Shown piece after piece: positions 59,701 to 64,000 of a stretch of 64,000 bases of DNA. Under the pieces are notes generated by a model. The model did no database searches, had not been told where the DNA came from, and saw nothing but the letters and a program-made list of their open reading frames with translations. The translations under genes and the position numbers were made by a program. Numbering within the stretch: position 1 is the first letter of the stretch; every line of letters begins with the position of its first letter. The stretch is taken from positions 446,499-510,498 of the forward strand of contig CAVORY010000011.1 of NCBI GenBank assembly GCA_963698725.1, written 5' to 3'. This DNA is from an uncultured Acidobacteriota bacterium. Its GTDB lineage: Bacteria; Acidobacteriota; Vicinamibacteria; Vicinamibacterales; Fen-181.

Positions 59701-59936
59701 CGCGTCGGCCCGGTGCGGGCGCCCCGCTCGCCGGACTCCGGGCGGCTGCGCGGCAAACCCGCTCTCCGGCCGTCGTCGGCCGCTGGCCGCGGGGGTCGCG
59801 CGGTCTGATCCGCGTGCGTGATCGCGCTCTACCCCGCTGGATCCCATCACCTGCGAGCGTGTTTGCGAACTGACGCCGAAGCGCTTGCCGCCAGTCGCCG
59901 GTCTCGCGAGGCATCCCGCACCCGCCCGCCGCGGCG
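59701..59936. repeat. 236-bp dispersed repeat module, copy 2
   Basis: See copy 1 at 54423-54658. Confidence 0.9.
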
Positions 59937-60010
59937 TCTGGGCAATGCCGGCCCTGGACGCAGGGGGGAACGCCGACGCGCTCGGGCCGCGCCGCCGGTG
60001 CTGAGGCGGT

Positions 60011-60043
60011 CCGCTGCCAGCTACCAGCTGCCAGCTGCCAGCT
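60011..60043. repeat. GCTGCCA heptamer run (about 4.5 units)
   Basis: CCGCTGCCAGCTACCAGCTGCCAGCTGCCAGCT, about 75 nt upstream of the next start. Confidence 0.85.
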
Positions 60044-60117
60044 TTCTCGGGGTCGTGTAAGATATCCCCGCCATCGTACCTTCCCGTCCGTGTCGCATCG
60101 ATCAATGGAGAGTGCGG

Positions 60118-63102
60118 ATGAACACCCGAAGAGCATGTCACGCCTGGTTCTTCCTGCCCCTGGTCCTCTTCGCCCTCGCGGCGCCTGCCGCCGCGCAGCC
60201 GGCAGCGCCCGACCTCGTTCGTGACCTCAAGTGGCGCAACATCGGCCCGGCCAACATGAGCGGCCGCATCTCGGACATCGAAGCGCTCGACGCCGACTTC
60301 AGCAAAGTCCTCGTCGCCACCGCCTCGGGCGGCGTGTTCAAGTCGGTCAACGCCGGCACCACCTGGGAGCCGATCTTCGACAAGTACTCCAGCGCGTCCA
60401 TCGGCGACGTCGCCTGGTTCCAGAAGAACCCGGACATCATCTGGGTCGGCACCGGAGAAGAGTGCGTCCGCAACAGCGTGGCCTGGGGCGACGGCATCTA
60501 CAAGTCGACCGACGGCGGCAAGACCTTCGCCCACATGGGCCTCAAGGACACCGGCAGCATCGGCAAGGTCCTCCTCCACCCGGCCGACCCCAACATCGTC
60601 TACGTGGCGGCCAGCGGCCACACGTGGGGCTACACCGGCGACCGCGGCCTGTTCAAGACGATCGACGGCGGCAAGACCTGGCAGAAGCTCGCCGGGGGCC
60701 TGCCGAGCGACGGCAAGACGGGCGCCATCGACATGGTGATGCACCCGACGAATCCGAACGTCCTCTACGTCACCTTCTGGCAGCGCCTCCGCCAGCCCTA
60801 CCGCTTCGACTCCGGCGGCCCGAACGGCGGCATCTTCCAGTCGACCGACGCCGGCAAGACCTGGAAGAAGCTGACGACAGGCCTCCCGACCGGCGACCTC
60901 GGCCGCATCGGCATCACCATCAGCCGCTCGAAACCGAACGTCCTGATGGCCATCGTCGAGCACAGCTTCCAGCCGGCCGCGCAGGCCGCGGGCAAGCCGA
61001 ATCCCGACTTCGCCGACATGACCAAGCTCGGATCGGGCATCTACCGCTCGGAAGACGGCGGCAAGACGTGGAAGTACCTGAGCCGCATGAACAGCCGGCC
61101 GTTCTACTACAGCCACATCATCCTCAATCCGGTGGACGACCAGCGGGTGTACTACCTGACCGCCAGCTTCATGAAGTCGGAGGACGGCGGCAAGACCTGG
61201 CAGAACGTGCCCGGCCTGCACCCCGACTACCACGCGATGTGGCTGGACCCGATGCACAAGGACCGCTTCTACAACGGCCAGGACGCCGGCGCGGCGCTCA
61301 CGCACGACCACGGCAGGACGTTCATCTATTTCGACAACATCTGCGCCGGCCAGTTCTACGCGGTGAGCGCCGACATGCGCGACCCGTACCACGTCTACGG
61401 CGGCCTGCAGGACAACGGCACGTGGGGCGGGCCGTCGATGCACCGCGAGGGGGCCATCCTCACCGACTTCTGGTTCAATATCGGCGGCGGCGACGGCTTC
61501 CATACGCAGAACGACCCGACCGACTGGCGCATCGTTTACGGCGAGAGCCAGGGCGGCTCCGTGTCGCGAACCAACGTCGAGACGCGCGAGTCGCGCAGCA
61601 TCCGGCCGACGCCGCAGAACATCGTGAACTACCGGGACTACTACCCGACGCCTCCGCCGGCCCCGGCCGCGCCGGCGCCGGGCCAGCCGCCGCAGCAGCC
61701 CGCCTCGCCGCTCCGCTTCAACTGGAGCACGCCGATCTACCTCTCGCCGCACAACCCGAGCACCGTCTACTTCGGCGGCAACCACCTGTTCAAGTCGGTC
61801 GATCGCGGCGACCGCTGGCAGATGGTCAGCCCCGATCTGACGACCAACGACAAGTCGAAGCTCGGGCCGCGGCAGGGCGGCACGATGACGCCGACCGGCG
61901 GCATGACGACCGACGATACGGGCGCCGAGACCCACTGCACGATCATCACCATCTCCGAGTCGACGCTCCGGCCCGGTGTCATCTGGGTCGGCACCGACGA
62001 TGGCAACGTGCAGGTGACGCGTGACGGCGGCGCGACCTGGGCCAACGTGCGGGCCGCGGTGCCCGGCGTGCCGAAGGGCACCTGGGTGAGCCGCGTCGAG
62101 GCGTCGCGCACCGCGGAAGGTGCGGCCTACCTGACGTTCGACGGTCACCGCAGCGACGACTTCAAGCCGTACGTCTTCGTGACGAAGGACTTCGGGAAGA
62201 CCTGGACGAGCCTGTCGGCCGGCATCCCGGACGGCCAGCCCGTCTACGTCATCCGCGAGGACCCGAAGAACGCGAACCTGCTGTTCCTCGGCACCGAATT
62301 CGGCGTGTTCTTCTCGATCGACGCGGGCAAGCAGTGGCACAGCCTGAAGCTGAACATGCCGACGGTGTCGTTCCACGACCTCCTGATCCACCCGCGCGAC
62401 AACGACCTCATCGCCGCCACGCACGGCCGCGGCATCTGGATCCTCGACGACATCTCGGCGCTGCAGCAGGCGACGCCGACGGTGCTGGCCGAAGACGCCA
62501 GGCTGTTCACGACAACCCGCCCGGCCACGCGGTGGCTGCGCATCCAGCGCGGCGGGTACGGGCGCGGCGACCTGTACTTCCAAGGCGAGAACCCGCCGGC
62601 CGGCGGGTTGCTCCACGTCTACAGGAAGACCGGCGTGCCGGCGACCGTCGAGATCACCGACGGCGACCAGCTCAAGGCGACGTTCATCGTCGACGACGCG
62701 AAGGCCGGCATCAACCGGATCGCGTGGGACCTGCGGTGGGATCCGTCGGCGGTGGTGGTGGAAAACACGGCGAACAGCGCCAAGTCGCAGATCGAGACGG
62801 CGCTCAAGCGGACCGACCTCAAGCCCGAGCAGAAGGCGGCGCTCGAAAAGGGCCTGGCGGCGGTCGCGAAGTACGCGAAGAACTACCGGAAGCTGATCGA
62901 GATCACGCAGGAGCTGGCCGATCTGATTCGGCCGCCCGGCATGGGGATGGGACAGCGCGGCGGCGGCATGCGCGGCGGGTTCGGCGGCGGCGGGCAGGCC
63001 GAGCCCGGCACCTACTTCGTGAAGATGACGGTGAACGGAAAGACGACGACGAGCAGGATCGTCGTGCGGCCGGATCCGATCCAGGCGGCCGCGGGACGAT
63101 AG
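60118..63102 (+). CDS. Secreted sortilin/VPS10-type BNR (Asp-box) repeat beta-propeller protein
   Basis: GGAG RBS and a signal peptide. At least 10 Asp-box motifs SxDxGxTW (STDGGKTF, TIDGGKTW, STDAGKTW, SEDGGKTW x2, TRDGGATW, TKDFGKTW, SIDAGKQW). Confidence 0.85.
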   Translation: MNTRRACHAWFFLPLVLFALAAPAAAQPAAPDLVRDLKWRNIGPANMSGRISDIEALDADFSKVLVATASGGVFKSVNAGTTWEPIFDKYSSASIGDVAWFQKNPDIIWVGTGEECVRNSVAWGDGIYKSTDGGKTFAHMGLKDTGSIGKVLLHPADPNIVYVAASGHTWGYTGDRGLFKTIDGGKTWQKLAGGLPSDGKTGAIDMVMHPTNPNVLYVTFWQRLRQPYRFDSGGPNGGIFQSTDAGKTWKKLTTGLPTGDLGRIGITISRSKPNVLMAIVEHSFQPAAQAAGKPNPDFADMTKLGSGIYRSEDGGKTWKYLSRMNSRPFYYSHIILNPVDDQRVYYLTASFMKSEDGGKTWQNVPGLHPDYHAMWLDPMHKDRFYNGQDAGAALTHDHGRTFIYFDNICAGQFYAVSADMRDPYHVYGGLQDNGTWGGPSMHREGAILTDFWFNIGGGDGFHTQNDPTDWRIVYGESQGGSVSRTNVETRESRSIRPTPQNIVNYRDYYPTPPPAPAAPAPGQPPQQPASPLRFNWSTPIYLSPHNPSTVYFGGNHLFKSVDRGDRWQMVSPDLTTNDKSKLGPRQGGTMTPTGGMTTDDTGAETHCTIITISESTLRPGVIWVGTDDGNVQVTRDGGATWANVRAAVPGVPKGTWVSRVEASRTAEGAAYLTFDGHRSDDFKPYVFVTKDFGKTWTSLSAGIPDGQPVYVIREDPKNANLLFLGTEFGVFFSIDAGKQWHSLKLNMPTVSFHDLLIHPRDNDLIAATHGRGIWILDDISALQQATPTVLAEDARLFTTTRPATRWLRIQRGGYGRGDLYFQGENPPAGGLLHVYRKTGVPATVEITDGDQLKATFIVDDAKAGINRIAWDLRWDPSAVVVENTANSAKSQIETALKRTDLKPEQKAALEKGLAAVAKYAKNYRKLIEITQELADLIRPPGMGMGQRGGGMRGGFGGGGQAEPGTYFVKMTVNGKTTTSRIVVRPDPIQAAAGR

Positions 63103-63107
63103 GGGCC

Positions 63108-63276
63108 GGCTCACGGCCCACGGCTCAGGGCTTAGGGCTCAAGGCTTAGGGCTGGATCACGCTGCCACGCTGTGGGACAGTTTGATCCGGCCGCAAGCCG
63201 TAAGCCGTAGGCCGTAAGCCGCAAGCCGTAAGCCGTGAGCCCTGAGCCCTAAGCCCTGAGCCTTGAGCCTTGAGCC
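63108..63276. repeat. Largest heptamer hairpin: about 6.5 GGCTNAG-type units, a 35-nt palindromic centre, and about 12.5 NNNAGCC-type units
   Basis: Centre GGATCA...TGATCC. Right arm GCAAGCC GTAAGCC GTAGGCC GTAAGCC GCAAGCC GTAAGCC GTGAGCC CTGAGCC CTAAGCC CTGAGCC TTGAGCC TTGAGCC. Lies between convergent genes. Confidence 0.9.
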
Positions 63277-63277
63277 T

Positions 63278-63313
63278 GCGAAGCCCGCGCTATTTCTTCC
63301 GCGCGGGCTTCGC
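63278..63313 (-). terminator. 13-bp perfect hairpin overlapping the last codons of the minus-strand gene
   Basis: GCGAAGCCCGCGC-tatttcttcc-GCGCGGGCTTCGC. The stop codon of the 63290.. gene sits in the loop. Confidence 0.55.
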
Positions 63314-64000
63314 CGGCGCCGGCTCCGGAATCTCCACCAGCCCGGCCGCCTTCAGGATCTCCAGGTAGTTGAGGACGTGCTGCAGGTCGGCGACGCGGCC
63401 CTGGGCCTGCGCGTCCAGCGCCTTCTTGATGTCGAGCGCGCTGTTCTTCCCGTTGCACAGCCGTGACAGCTCCAGCGTGTCGCCCGCCCGGTCGACCGGG
63501 AACTTCGTCCGGACGTCGGCCGGCACCGCGGTGATGAACTCGCGGTAGCCCTGATAGCCGTTCGCCGTCACCTTCGCCGTCGGCTTCGGGACGATCTTCG
63601 ACGCCTTCGCCTCGAGCTCGGTCGGCTGCAGGACCACCGGCGCCACGCTCAGCCTCCGCGCCGCCGCTTTCATGTGCACATCGAGCGCGGCCAGGTGGGA
63701 CGCGCCGACCTGGTCGATCGTCTTCTGCAGGCCGGTCACCTGGTCGCCGATCGCCTTCTTGTCCACCGCCAGCTCGTTCACCGTCTCGAGCGTCGCCTTC
63801 TCGTTGACGACGGCCGCCTCGATGTAGGCGCGGCCCAGCGTGTAGGCGTCCGTCAGGTTCGCCGAGGTCGCGTTGTTCAGCTCCTCGAAGCCGCGCACCA
63901 GCTGGTGCGCCAGCCGGCCGGCGCCGTTGCTGGCCGTTTCGGCTGCGATCTTCGCCGCCGTCACGTCATCCGCGTTCGCAATCGTGTAGGCGGCCGCGGC
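63290..64000 (-). CDS. Partial CDS (C-terminal about 236 aa; N-terminus beyond window end), hypothetical
   Basis: The frame is open to the window edge with coding-like composition. Ends ...LEILKAAGLVEIPEPAPAKPARKK. Confidence 0.6.
   Translation of the reverse strand, partial: AAAAYTIANADDVTAAKIAAETASNGAGRLAHQLVRGFEELNNATSANLTDAYTLGRAYIEAAVVNEKATLETVNELAVDKKAIGDQVTGLQKTIDQVGASHLAALDVHMKAAARRLSVAPVVLQPTELEAKASKIVPKPTAKVTANGYQGYREFITAVPADVRTKFPVDRAGDTLELSRLCNGKNSALDIKKALDAQAQGRVADLQHVLNYLEILKAAGLVEIPEPAPAKPARKK

Overview
High-GC bacterial chromosomal segment, probably Acidobacteriota; this is an inference from two ADOP-type duplicated FtsX/MacB permeases. I call about 50 protein-coding genes and found no rRNA, tRNA, CRISPR array, transposase or prophage. 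Main content: pabA-pabB; two ADOP permeases, one coupled to a receiver-only response regulator and a Dcp peptidase; a C69 dipeptidase; a DRG/Obg-like GTPase and HPF. An 8.6-kb [NiFe]-hydrogenase operon of Mvh/HdrA (group 3c-like) type ends in an unusual HdrC-like/multi-TM fusion and a maturation protease. Further content: vapBC; an ECF sigma/anti-sigma pair beside an RsbW/STAS/FHA-GAF-PP2C partner-switching module; gdhA; two PPDK-N (PEP/pyruvate-binding ATP-grasp) paralogs, one fused to a nucleotidyltransferase; an orphan ferredoxin-nuoB-nuoI cluster; lipA-pdhABC; and a sortilin/BNR protein. Three things stand out. (1) A pervasive intergenic repeat system whose hairpin arms are built from tandem heptanucleotides of at least four sequence types, plus 33-bp and 39/47-bp tandem arrays carrying the same GCTGCCA/TGGCAGC core. 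(2) Three 640-810 bp non-coding islands share sequence, two of them a 236-bp module. (3) Seven single-base frameshifts in six otherwise well-conserved genes all lie between 31.6 and 47.6 kb; they are either real gene decay or localized assembly indels. All functional calls rest on motifs read by eye. No database search was run.
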